Shown piece after piece: positions 1 through 12,050 of a stretch of DNA of 42,105 bases (positions are counted from its first letter, which is position 1; each line of letters begins with the position of its first letter). This DNA comes from Rotaria sp. (taxonomy: Eukaryota). The DNA lies in the NCBI GenBank assembly GCA_905330235.1, contig CAJNUA010000634.1, positions 1 through 42,105 on the forward strand, in the 5' to 3' direction. Below the pieces are notes generated by a model that was given only the letters and a program-made list of their open reading frames with translations, made no database searches and was not told the DNA's origin. Made by a program: the position numbers and the translations under genes.

Positions 1-1439
1 TTCTCTCGAAGGAATCCGAAATGCTTGTCCATGAATAGATCTGAAGAGAATCCTGGAAACTCCAAGAAGAGCTATTCGTGACAGTAATGCCTAAGAAAAC
101 GAGATAGAATCGTGATTGAACCTTGCCAGAATCCACCACTTCAGGATTCTCTTTGCTCTTGTATTATCCTTCATAAGATTCTTGCCCGATTTAGTTTTGA
201 GTCAGGAAAAGATCATGATACAGAGATCCAAAAGTGCTGCTCGTAAAATCTTGATAATACCTAAGCAAAGTTCCATCTGCTATTCATATCAAGGTCTGGA
301 GTGAGATCAAGTGCGAATCTTTCATCCTTACATGATACCAAATCACTGTAGGAATTTGAAGAGATCTTGAAAAGGATCCTTTTTCAAAGAGAGACATCAT
401 GCAAATCTGTACTACCATAATTCGAAGTAGGATTCTGAATTAAACAGAACAGAAATCTCCAGATTCAGGATTCTGAGAGATTCTTCTGGGCTTGCTATAG
501 AAAAAGAAGAATTGAGACTACAATATCAGATGGCTTTAAATTCTGACACCCTTTGACCAAGAGACAAAAGTGGATCCAAGTGGATCCTTGAGCCCTAATA
601 GATTGCACAATAAATTTGTAAAAGTGTGCCAAAAGCTGTCACAACTTACCAGAATCGACTACAATTCAACAGAATCCATTAGGTACTACAAGACTATGAA
701 ATCGACGAAGGAAGCGTAGATCCTGATGAGTCACAAAACACGCGAAACCCATCATGATATGTCAAAAGTTACCGAAACATATGCGCATTTCAAACTCCTT
801 GCTTTGCTTTTTCTTCTTACGAGGGGACCTCACCAACTGATACGTGCTGTTTAAGTTCATATTGTGCTTATGATTTGAGCTTATAGCGCAGATAAAAATC
901 CGAAAAAGATTTCTTCCATTAAGCCTATCTTCTGGAGTTATGATCGTTTTATTAGCCTTTCAGCCTACTGTAGTGAATTGCGAGAAAAATCAAATAAAAG
1001 AATTTCAGTTTGAAATTTGGCCTGAACGTTATAACCATATGGTTCTAATAGTATCCAGAAAGTTTAATCAAAAATGGACGATTTCTTCTTAAAAGGTAGA
1101 ATGTTGATAAAAATCGGATTTTCTCGAATCTTTTGTGAAAAAAGATCTTGTTTACAAGCCTGTTATCTATGTAGTAAATCATCTATTTTCTCTGAAACTT
1201 TCAAAATATTATAAGAACCGTCAGATCCATGTTTTGGTTATCGAATTGCTATTCCTTTATTTGATTTTTCTTGTAATTCCCAGCTGTACACTGGTAATTC
1301 TGTAAAAGGATCATAACTTCAGAAGAAAGATCTAAAGTGAGGAATCTCGCAACGATTTTTGTTTCCGCCATAAGCTCTAATTACGGACAAAATATAAACT
1401 CAAATGGAATGTATTTTTATTGAGGTTCCCTTCTTAGGT

Positions 1440-1730
1440 CAAACAAACTCTGTCGTAAACGGCCGTTTTAGAGCGTTTTTCGCCTGTTTGGCAGCGACAG
1501 TATTACGGCTGTATTTCATCGTATCGTAAATGATCGTAAACGATCGGATACTCGATTTTCAGGCTATGTTACGACCGTTGATAATCGTATACCATGCGAT
1601 AAAAAACGGTCGTAATACTGTCGCTACCAAAACGTTAATTTATGTCTATATACGATCGTAAACTAAATCAAACGACAGTATACGTTATCGTCTTTGGTCG
1701 TTACAGCGGTCGTAATCATCGTCCTGGGTT
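1440..1730. repeat. CpG-dense cluster of palindromes and inverted repeats built on cgtaa/acgNcgt motifs (about 30 CpG in 300 bp inside AT-rich DNA)
   Basis: Inverted arms ttggcagcgacagtattacggctg (1488-1511) and cggtcgtaatactgtcgctaccaa (1607-1630). Perfect palindromes aaacggccgttt (1457-1468) and ttacgaccgtt/aacggtcgtaa. Repeated tcgtaaa/cgatcg units. Confidence 0.5.
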
Positions 1731-1860
1731 GTTAGTCACAAAGTCTGAAGATACATTGCCCTTTTTTCCTTTAATTTCATGGAACACTAAATAACACTAG
1801 CATTGATAAGGATCCGTTTCTGCCACTTTTTCTTCGGCACAGTTCAAATAATTTATTCTA

Positions 1861-1905
1861 CGATTCCTTAGGATCCACCAGGATCCATCAGGATCCGGGG
1901 ATCCA
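1861..1905. repeat. Short tandem array of a (C)AGGATCC(N) unit, 5 copies; a related aagtggatcc x2 lies at 561-586
   Basis: ggatccaccaggatccatcaggatccggggatccaggatc. Confidence 0.6.
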
Positions 1906-3299
1906 GGATCTGCTTTTTCCCCCTTGCATCGCCTAGTCTACCCAGTACGAAGAAACGTGTACACTGTAGAATGATAGAGTATACTATAAATAGTTCTATT
2001 AATTACGTAAGAATTTGACGACTTCAAATAGAATTCTGTCGAAAGTTGTCATATATTCAATCTGACAGCTAGAAAATTTCGAATGCAACCAAAATTCAAT
2101 CGAATCATGGTGAATTTATATCGACAGACCAAATATGTTGTGAATCTCTTCTTATCATATTCGCTCACTCCCATTACTCTATGCAGTTGATTGAAAATTA
2201 TCAAATTGTTTTCAATGAAAATCAGTACTGAAGAGCCAGCATTCTAGTGAAAGGTAGTAATTGTAGTAAATTTCAGATATCACTGTTGTAGGTGAACATT
2301 ATGCTGACACTATGATATCTCTAAACCCAGCAAACAGATCAACCATATACTATAGTTAATACGACGCGTAGACGAAAATAAACAATCTAAAGAACATGAG
2401 AACAGAATATCTGAGTAGAAAATACTAAGAGAATTCTTGCACGTTTCGTTTCATTGTACTTTCAAAAGAAAGACATAAAAAGTAGTGTTAAGAATACTTC
2501 ATATTCATTCAAATTGGCTATTTTCTAACTTCGTTGAAAAGAAATTAGAACGTTCATCGTTCAACGACAAGAGGCAACAAACTGATTTCTTGGTTGCTAA
2601 TGATTTCTGTCAGCAGAAATCAGTTTTATGTAATCGCTGCAAATCAACAGAAGTCATTGAAGAAGCTCAGAAGTCAAGGAGAATTAGAAGAAATAATTAA
2701 AAAATAAAAGGAGCCACTAACGATATTAGAGATCAATAGAAATTAGAGCACTTAACTTTAAACTTAGTACTATTGATTTTAAATGATTTCTAATATTTTC
2801 TGATAGAGTTTTCTGTAAAGCTCAATAAAATCCAGTTATTTTCTCATATTTAATGTTTTATAATGATTTCTAGCAATTGAAGTCGGTTTGTTTCTCCTTC
2901 CTTAACGATACAAAATAAATATTCAATGCGTATGCACGAGCGGAATTTTCTCTAATTTAATAGATGAGATTGAAAATTCTAAAATATTCCACAAGTGAAA
3001 TTATAAAACTTAATTTTACTTTCATATAACGAAAAGCTGTTGATGAATTGCAATCGCTTATTTGAGATGATTTGTTAGTGATTCACAACGATTTAAAGTA
3101 ATTTATCTGAGTTAAAATGAGTTAAGATGAATTAATTTTGATTTTCAGCTGATCTAAATCAGTTGTTTCCCCCTTGGTTCATATGCATAGTAGACTTCTT
3201 CAAATACTTTTCGAAACCCTTTCCGAAAGGGTAGATGAAAATACAATATCCGATTATCGCATTTCGAAAGGATATTTGAAAGGATTTATGGTTATCTTC

Positions 3300-3390
3300 A
3301 ATGATGTCAAGGGTTTATGATAAGATGTATGAAGAGAATTATTGACTTCATCCATAATCTCAAGGGTTTATGATAAGGTATATGGAGTAT
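3300..3390. repeat. Direct repeat of ~53-bp period (tcaagggtttatgataagRtRtatgRag x2)
   Basis: The copy at 3307-3334 and the copy at 3360-3387 differ at 3 positions. Confidence 0.5.
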
Positions 3391-6273
3391 TCTAATAGCA
3401 GCATTAATCTCATCGAAGAATTGGTGAAAGACTGAGTGATATACTGTGATACAAAAAAAGTTCTATATTTCATACATACATTCGCCTACTTTAGTCTAAA
3501 ATATCGTCAAACATATGGCACAAATTGTTCATCAGACTGTTTTTGTCACTGCACAGCCGGTCGTTATCAATCCGTTCCATCAATTCACCGATAATTGGAG
3601 AGTAGGGCTTTGCAATTGTTGTGATGATTTCAAACAATGTGAGATAATTATTCTCTCAATTATTCATTATTCTATGTTTTGGTGTATTATTAGGTTGCTA
3701 CGCATATTGGTGTTGGCCTTGTTTTGTCTTATCGCTAGCAGGCAAGATTAATGAATCATGTGCATCGTGTTGGTGCGTTCCAAATGCACTTGCTGTATAT
3801 CGCATGAAAGTTCGGTCTACTCTGCGAATCCAAGTGAGTTACTCAAGACAAAAATAGAATAGAATTGAACGATTGTTTTCTATTCATCAGGGTGATTCCT
3901 ACAATGACTATTGTGTCGTTTGCTGTTGTCCATTCTGTGCCGGACTTCAGATGCGCAATGAACTGGCTCAGCGTGGTCTTGGTTAAAACGATCGAATATG
4001 CACTGAAACGATCGTTTTTACTTAAGAAAACAAACAGAATATCTATATCCCACACTAACAAGTAAAATCGCTGTTTATGTGATATCACTGCTGATATCAT
4101 CTGCAAACAGTACATAAATACAGATTTTGGCTTTTTAAGGAACAAAATATGTCAAAACAAAATGCAAAAGCAAAATGCTTTTTCTAGCAAGAGAATTTTT
4201 TTACTATTTGTTTCTAACTGATTGAATTTTGACTTGAAGCGTTTCTGCAGAGATGAACAATTCATATTGTATCAAATGCAAATATTGCATCGTATGTGAG
4301 ACAGTTGCGAATGGTGAGTAACGTGCCTATGTCACCCCGTGTAAAAACAAGAGTGTAAGCGTGAAGTGAGTGTGGCGTGGCTATGTGGTATGGATGTTGG
4401 TGTGGGCATAGGTCATCTCGTTGTTAACTCCCACATTCGAGTGTAATAATTCAACAATTAAAATTCATAGCAATGATGACAATACGTTTTACAAGGAAAT
4501 CCTTTCGCCTGTTACTTTGAAAATAATATAAAAATAAATGATCACATGCGACATTCTCTATTCTATAACATGTTTATCTAAAAATTCAATACCTTTGAAG
4601 TTCTAAATTTCTAACAATTGTCTCGAAACTTATGCAAAGTGTAGAAATTCACTAGCAAAATCAATCATTTTTTCGCGTTTAAAGTTCTGTAGGTAAAAAC
4701 CAATCATACTAAGAGAATTAGCTTGTCAAGCTCTACAAACTGGTATATATTCCATTCAAAACTGAGACTGACACTTCCGTATGTTTCCTCGTAATTAGAA
4801 AGGTTATTTCTTCAATCGAACTGCTGTTTTGCCTAAAACTATACTAAAAATATTGCTTGGATCATGTACTCGACTCAAAATACATTTCTATCAAAACCAT
4901 TAGCTAATTTCAATCTTGCGAAGAGGCCTAGAGTGGACTCTTCTTTATTATGATGTTAACATACGACGATGTGATGATCTTTTTACTTTAGTTGAAGGAA
5001 ATAATGTAGAAAAGTGGACTAGTAGTTTCTGAAATCTATGATTGTTTATGAAACGTTTTCTCCGAATTTAACAGAATTTTATTAGTTTCTATTTTAACAT
5101 AATAGAAAAACAATTGAGTTTGTAACAAGCTTAACCCGAGATTGAATGAAAATGTCAATGAATTTCACTTCAGTATTTTTGTATTCGACCTTTCTCTTAA
5201 AATCGATTCGGTTATGCAATACGTCGAATATGAATGCCATTTCACTTTGCATTCCGCATCTTTATCGATAACCTTCATGCTGTGAAAATGAACAATGTTA
5301 CATAATTTTCAATGAAATTCGTATTCAATCATAAATCAGATGTCTTCTTTGATTCATATTCATTTTGAATTCAATGTTGTAGAATATAGTTTGGCTTTAA
5401 TTTTGGCACATTTTCAAGCGTGAGTTTTTACCTTTTCATATGAAGCTCTTATTACAGACGATAACAACCAGGATTAAATTATTGATATATGTCACAACTT
5501 TATTTGGCATGTAATTCGATGCTTATAATAATCAACATGTTAATTGAGCAAAAAAAATAATTACGAAAATGAAACATACTGGGAGAATAGCAACAATGAA
5601 AGTGAAAAATAAGAGGACTGTTCCAGGAAAAAACAATAAAAAAATTCTTGATTTTATACTTTTTGGGTGTAGATACAAGAGACTAAATGACACACGCAGC
5701 CAGACTCACCCTTTACATCATATTATTAGAAATAACAAGAAAGAGATCCTCAAAGCAGTGATACTAGTGACAAGTCAAAGTGAAATTCATTAAAGTTAGC
5801 TACGCCAAGCTTAAAAATAGAATTCAATTAAAGTTTCAACTGTTCTCGGAATAAACGAGATATAGGTGATGGGAAATAGGCACTGCTAAAGTATTCGCCT
5901 TTATAAAACCTCTTTTTGAATGAAGAAAATAAGTAAACTATATAAAAATATAAACAAAAGAAAAGTCGGTGTTCAAAAAATATTTGTTAGTTCCAAATTT
6001 TATTTCGTACAATAATTTCAATTGAATATCGAATCTTTGATTCTAATTTCATTCGCACTAATGAAATTTGTCTGCATTGGCTAGCATATATATTGTCTAC
6101 TTTAGTAATCAACCATTTTGTGGCAGTACAATTTCTCAATCAATCGCATCTTGACAGAAAATCTATCACGCCATTTTCATCTCAAATTCTAGATCATTAT
6201 TTTACCATGAAAAAAAAATGAATACTTGCTCAAAAGCCTCGAAACTGTTTTGTATATTAAACAAAAGTGTTCA

Positions 6274-6365
6274 GGGTGTGGGACGTGGGGGTGAGTGTGT
6301 GTATGTTTTTGTGTCAGTCATCAGTCTACCCGCATCCCACATTCGCAGCACACGTACAGCCACAC
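6274..6365. repeat. GT-arm / AC-arm foldback element (family copy, diverged)
   Basis: gggtgtgggacgtgggggtgagtgtgtgtatg … cccgcatcccacattcgcagcacacgtacagccacac. Confidence 0.4.
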
Positions 6366-6850
6366 TTGAGACGCACTTCATATCTAGTATATGTTGGTGT
6401 CGAAATAAGACGCTAGACGCATAAATCGTCTTGGAAGACGTGTGACATTTTTTAGAGCGTTATTAGTGTAATACATATGCCTGTTCTGTCATATATAGAT
6501 GAATAAAGAATCCATTTTCCTTTTAATAATCACTCTTTGCGTTTCTGTAGTTCTATCGAACAAATACTATGTATCTGAACTACATAACATAAAATGGAAC
6601 ACTACTGAGAGAAAAAAAACCGGCTAATATAAAGGAAGATTTATGTTACATGTTATTTTACATAGAGTGACACAATTCGATTTTATCTTTGTTCGATAGT
6701 AACTCATTCAATTCGTTAGTGTCGACAAAATTCGCGAACACATTTTTATTGAAAACAATATTCTTTGTATAGTGTTGAATGTTTCACGTTTGTGTAAACA
6801 TTTTCATAGTCAACTTATTTATTTTTATTGATAAGATATATATGAAGAAA

Positions 6851-7801
6851 CTAATATTTACAATTGAAATATCGCAAGTGTTGTACGCGATTCAATAATT
6901 CAAAATCTGCGTATATTATAAAACAATTATTAACATGAAAATATATCAGTAGAAGAGAAAATTCCATCGATATTTTTGATTGATTTGGATTACAACGGTA
7001 TGTTACAGTATTTATAATGCCGCAAAGTGATTGTTGTTGACATGATGCATAACATGATGTACAATCTTTGTTCGTATTAGCTATATAATTTCGACATCCA
7101 TTCATGTTACAACACCGACATTGACAACGTGTATTTACATTACTTTGACTTATACATGTACCATTAGTTTGACCCAGATAAAATGAAGATGGACAGAGTG
7201 AAGGATATTTCTTGTGACATGATTCTGTACAAGCCGATGACGAACATGAAAATGCTGTTGTGAAACCCACATCGATATTTGGTGAGCAGTTTGAACCCGA
7301 TTGACAGCCCATGCATGAACAAGTGTTACGGGTTAAAGAACGAATACTTGCTATACTGCTTCTCATTGTTGATGTTGCTGTAATAGGACCAGTACACGTA
7401 TCATTTGTTTGTCCATTTTGATTTCATACACATCGATTCGGATATTGTGCAGCACATGAAATACTACAGGAACCTGGTTGACATAAATAAGCAGCACTAT
7501 AACCAACAAAAGCGGGAGTACAGGCAGTTGAACCTGTATTGCAACAATCACAACGACAATTGCACAAAAAGTTAGGAGACGATGAACATTGTGCTGAAAA
7601 ATGACCGCTTCGATTATTTATTTGACATTGAGAATATCAAATGAAACAGTGTCGAGGACATGTCCTTGTATCACATGATTGCAGGATAACATTACCAAGG
7701 ACTACTGGACTGCAAAAACGACCAATACAACAAGAACATAAACAAGCATTTTGTTGAGCTTGAGAATATCTTATTAACAAGAATATAATCAGTATATACA
7801 T
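6851..7801 (-). CDS. Candidate secreted cysteine-rich protein gene: one 317-codon frame from ATG 7799-7801 to stop 6851-6853, interrupted only by TGA at 7637-7639 and 7424-7426
   Basis: N-terminus MYILIIFLLIRYSQAQQ is signal-peptide-like. It is followed by Cys-rich text (…CLCSCCIGRFC…CNCRCDCC…CSCMGCQSGSNC…CQCRCCNMNGC…). AATAAA lies ~25 nt downstream of the stop. Each TGA sits in a possible 54-nt GT…AG phase-0 intron (7594-7647 and 7378-7431). Confidence 0.35.
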
Positions 7802-9056
7802 TATTGTTACTCTTTACTAGTACATACAGTATCTAATATATAACTATTTTGCACAAGCGAATAATATAACAACAGATGAGATTAAGATATTTGCTTGGCA
7901 GACGGTAGAGGAACTAACAAGAAAAAAAAGTGATCTCTGTTAGCGTACTTCAATTTTTTATTTTTGTAATCCTCCGTTCTATTATTTTTCACGTCTTAGA
8001 TACCAGCGTCCAAAACAATGATGCGATGAGCAGCGAGAGAAAAGAATTCAAGAATGTTAACAGAACAAAGTAACATAGATACGAATAGAATGCACTATGA
8101 CGTATGAAATGTGTGTCTATAGTATAGTTCTCCATCGACAAAAATATGTGTCCACACACATTCCAAATGACGAGAAAAAAACACGAAAGAAAAAAAAGAC
8201 AACGAAGAAAGAAATTATCGAGTAAAATGCAAAACAAAATCAAGTTCGTGAACAAGAATGAATGTATAAATTAGAATTTGTGGGACCGTATAGAGGATTC
8301 ATGAGAAATAGACCGAGTCAAAGAAGAAAGAGCGGATAATGATCGAAATGTCTCGGGGAATTGATAATTGGATTGCATCGAGTCGAGACATTGTAGTAGA
8401 TTCATAAAAGAATTCGCTATGGGATGGATTTGTGCTGAGTCTGATAATTCAAGTGCTGTAAGAGTAGGTGTTTGACGACGACGGAATTAAAGTTGGATAC
8501 GATGACATAAATAAATGGTGATGGGAATTAATATGAAAAATATGATAGTAAAAGAAATGGTAGTACCAAAAGAAATTCTACTAAATCAATCAGTGCCATT
8601 AAGATGAGCAGCATAGAATTGTTCCAATATATGAATACAGTTATAAACTTTCGAATTCAGAACCCGTTTGACTCGATCTCCATGGATGTTCAGACCGTAA
8701 AATAAAAGACAGTATAAAATGGCTAATATAAACGAATGCATTAGTTAATAATTAGAAACAAATTGTAGAATAAAAGAAAGTATAAGAATTGTGTGTGATG
8801 CGTGAGAAGAATACTAGAAATGAAGTGGGAAATAAGAATGATACATGAGTATATGAAATGAAAATCAAATTACTCAGAAATATTTAGGACGCAATGTGAA
8901 ATACGTAACAAGCTGTTGAAAATCAGCATAGAATCAGTCGACTATTGTAGCGAGTTATACTGCAAACAAGGGAATGAGAGAGTTCACAGTGACTTTACGA
9001 ATGACAGCACTTAACTTGACATATTGAACAATATATGTTTTATCAACCAAACTAGA

Positions 9057-9118
9057 GTGTGGGTGTGAGTGTTGGTCTTGTCTTCTCTTTGTGCACACCC
9101 ACACCCAAATCCACATCC
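9057..9118. repeat. GT-arm / AC-arm foldback element (family copy), in the MVP intron region
   Basis: gtgtgggtgtgagtgttgg – 18-nt loop – cacacccacacccaaatccacatcc. Confidence 0.55.
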
Positions 9119-9286
9119 TATAAAAACAAAAATCAACTGCTGTATAGGATTGAAAACAGCGTTCAACAAATATCGATACAAATCAGTTTAATTATTCGTA
9201 AAATCAGCATCAAACACTGTATTCGTATTTTATATCCTAACATACATTACTTAATAGTTTTCACTCGTTTGTAGCAGTCAACCTTA

Positions 9287-9368
9287 GGGATTGATTAGAC
9301 CAATCACGGTAGCACTAATTCGTTCTTCCATTGAAACTTCTTTGTGTGGCATATAAGTACATAAATCA
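9287..9368 (-). CDS. MVP: Candidate MVP exon 3 (…TYMPHKEVSMEERISATVIGLINP)
   Basis: Aligns with MVP '[25 protein letters not shown]'. Acceptor tttag|TGATTT. It ends with an in-frame TAA directly before a G|GTTGAC donor, so the exact 3' end is uncertain. Confidence 0.35.
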
Positions 9369-9453
9369 CTAAAGGCATTCAAAAACTACAAAACAATTCC
9401 CATAATTCGTAAAAGTAAATTGATTGGATATAGCTGAACATGTGGCTGTTTAC

Positions 9454-9553
9454 CTGATCCATTAGATAACCCTTCATCTCTAGCTTGTCGCTGTTTTCCA
9501 TTATCATCAAAATCTAAAAGAGCTTCCAATTTTAATACTGAATTAGTCGGAAT
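9454..9553 (-). CDS. MVP: Candidate MVP exon 2 (IPTNSVLKLEALLDFDDNGKQRQARDEGLSNGSG), followed by donor GTAAAC
   Basis: The minus-strand translation aligns with MVP '…[34 protein letters not shown]'. Acceptor …gtag|ATTCCG, donor G|GTAAAC. Boundaries are approximate. Confidence 0.4.
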
Positions 9554-9626
9554 CTACTTAACAAAGTGACAGACTAAAATAATGCAGACAGTTACTAGGA
9601 AAAATTAACTTTCATAAGGAAATTCA

Positions 9627-9980
9627 AAGCGCTTCTCTTAAAGTTTCACCAGGATATAATGGAAATGGTTCTTTATAATCTTTATTCAATCGGATTTCTA
9701 TATCACCATGTAACAATTTTACTTGGCCATTTTCATCCAATTGAACTTGACCAATGTCGTTTTTCACAACGGGATTTTCGACAACACAATAGTGTCTCGG
9801 TGGTAAGATGATCATTTTTTCTGGCCCTAGAGTAATTGTCTCATTGTCTTGTTTAAAAAATGTTTTCGGACCAATTTCCAACCGTGTTACCCCTGTATTT
9901 TGATCTAATACGTGAATATAATAAAACGATAGGATGTGATAGACGGGGCCGGTTTGAGATGGTAAACTTTCCGAAGACAT
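9627..9980 (-). CDS. MVP: Major vault protein (MVP), N-terminal coding exon (start ATG at 9978-9980; ORF-track start at 10013 is a TTG)
   Basis: The translation MSSESLPSQTGPVYHILSFYYIHVLDQNTGVTRLEIGPKTFFKQDNETITLGPEKMIILPPRHYCVVENPVVKNDIGQVQLDENGQVKLLHGDIEIRLNKDYKEPFPLYPGETLREAL matches the vertebrate MVP N-terminus (…YHYIHVLDQN…VGPKTY…DNE…PPRHYC…NP…G…LEIRL…PFPLYPGE.L…). The 3' boundary is unresolved because TGA follows REAL and there is no GT donor. Confidence 0.75.
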
Positions 9981-10523
9981 ATTAATGCCAAATTTTCGTT
10001 CTAGAATAAACAAACAAAAGAAAAGAAAATCGGATGTAACTGTCAGGGAAACTCGTTTTTTCAGAAGGATGACTTGTTTCTTTCAACTATGCTCGTCAAC
10101 ACATTGCACAACTGTTATGAAACAACTCTGCTGAATCAAAACAGTCATGCACGTAATTGCAAGAGCTTTTGTAATATTCTATTCTGTGCTGTCGCCATAC
10201 GTCATAGAATACGATAGAAAAGAATTTTTCTTTTTCTTGTCGACGTAAAACAGAGATTGTTTTGAAAGTGAATAAGTCGAAATACATGCTGCTACTTTCT
10301 GTTAGATTGAATGGTCACACTGTTTTGCCTCTTGAGCCGTTTCATACACCTCGTTCGTACTGCCAAAGACCTTCTCATACTATAACTACAAGACAAAATA
10401 TTGGTTCTAAGGAAATTAGAAATATTTGACAATGTGTGAAACTCGAATGTCACTACATCTATTTGTCTTTGCCCTTTATTGCAAAGAATTGAAATACAAA
10501 ATCCGTCTTATTCCTTCTCTATA

Positions 10524-10570
10524 GGGCGTGAGTGGTTTTCCAATGCATTCATACCCAAATCCATACCCAT
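10524..10570. repeat. GT-arm / AC-arm foldback element (short or partial copy)
   Basis: gggcgtgagtgg … catacccaaatccatacccat. Confidence 0.35.
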
Positions 10571-11219
10571 ATTGGTGAAGGCCTTGTCGATGAGAATGAT
10601 GTCGAACAAGCGCAGAAACATCGATTGTATATTAAAAAAAATTGAAAACAAGAAAAACAATCTTACAAAAAGAAGGCCTCAAAAGTATTGGCGTCAATTG
10701 AATTGCATGACTTCTCATAGATCTTAATCGTAACATAAGACCGCTTCACATAGACAAATTTTATGGCAATATTGCTTTTGCTTTGAAACATAATGTAGTT
10801 CTGAGAGACATATTCTATTTGAACATCATAACATATGAAAATTCGAAGAAAACTGCTAAAATTCTATTCAAGAGTGAAGATTCTAAGTTTGGAGATGAAA
10901 TAAAAGCTTACAATTACATTTAAATCTTCAATCGTAAACCAAAATAAACCATGAAGAAACAAAAAACATATAACATAATGTGATCATCGAATTTAAATCT
11001 AAAGGATTGTTCAGAGAATTCCTATGCTCGAAGCTGTGGCTGTAAATGTTGATGTAAGTGTGTAACTCTGGCTTTCGTTTACATTTTTGTGGAAAGTTGA
11101 CTTAACTTGTGAATTAATATTAAATGTATTTGCACTAAAATACCGAATATGACGACAATATAATGATGACAACAAGAATCGATAAACTTATATCTTATTA
11201 TTTGATTTCGTATTTTAAA

Positions 11220-11296
11220 GTGTGAGTGTGGGTGCGGACATAAAAAGAGAAAGATAACAGCCACAACCACACGCAACATCCCACCCACATCCACTC
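11220..11296. repeat. GT-arm / AC-arm foldback element (family copy)
   Basis: gtgtgagtgtgggtgcgg … ccacaaccacacgcaacatcccacccacatccactc. Confidence 0.55.
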
Positions 11297-12050
11297 TGCC
11301 TTTATTTTCAAATCATGCTCGTTATTTCTGCAATACATGTAAGACAAAACGATTATTGATTGTTAAATACAGTTATCCTTGTGAATTTCTCTTTCATGAA
11401 TTCTAGTTTCTCAAAGAAACAATTATGTCGAAAGATTTTTTTACATAGTAGAGTCTCAATGAATTGAATTCTCTTTTACATAATCGGCTTAAATACTTAG
11501 CCATTAGTCTTTCTAAAGATGATAAGATTCTTTTTATTTACAGGTATCTTCTTTGTACAAATCTGTATCTCGTGAAAATAATATTCGACATATTTGTGTC
11601 TTGGAAGGACTAAGGTTAATGAAGAGTCAGGGTTTAGACATAAATCGATATTATTTTATGTAGCATAATATAACTTTGTGCCCTTTCGTTGTCAATATGA
11701 AGACGAGTAGTTTAAATAAATTCGATAATCTGTCTTTATTTTAGAGTAATCTGAAGTATTATTCACGTAATAAAAGTATTTTCATACTGACTGGAAGAAC
11801 CATTTTAAAGTTTTTTGAGTTAATTAAAAATCGATTGATGAGTCTAGAATTTTATTTCGTAAATGAGATATTCGATGTTGATTATTTACAAATGTTCTAA
11901 GTTTATTAGAAAGTGTTATTAATTTTAACATAGAATTTCGTTTATCCGTAGAAAGGCTCGATAGCTTGAATCATTGATTAATAGTCGAATGTAGACTAAT
12001 GTCCATTTAAAAAAGAAGAGCTGTGACCATTTTCTGAATAACTTTTCATT

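Noticed and set aside
4060-4110. Small hairpin ctgtttatgtgatatca…tgatatcatctgcaaacag
   Set aside because: Single ~18-bp imperfect inverted repeat containing GATATC palindromes. Not repeated elsewhere in the window. Too small and isolated to interpret.
8281-8540. 85-codon minus-strand open frame without ATG (FRRRQTPTLTALELSDSAQIHPIANSFMNLLQCLDSMQSNYQFPETFRSLSALSSLTRSISHESSIRS)
   Set aside because: No similarity to MVP downstream exons or any domain I recognise, and no splice context. Plausibly chance in a locally GC-richer patch, but it could be checked as a candidate MVP-gene intronic exon.
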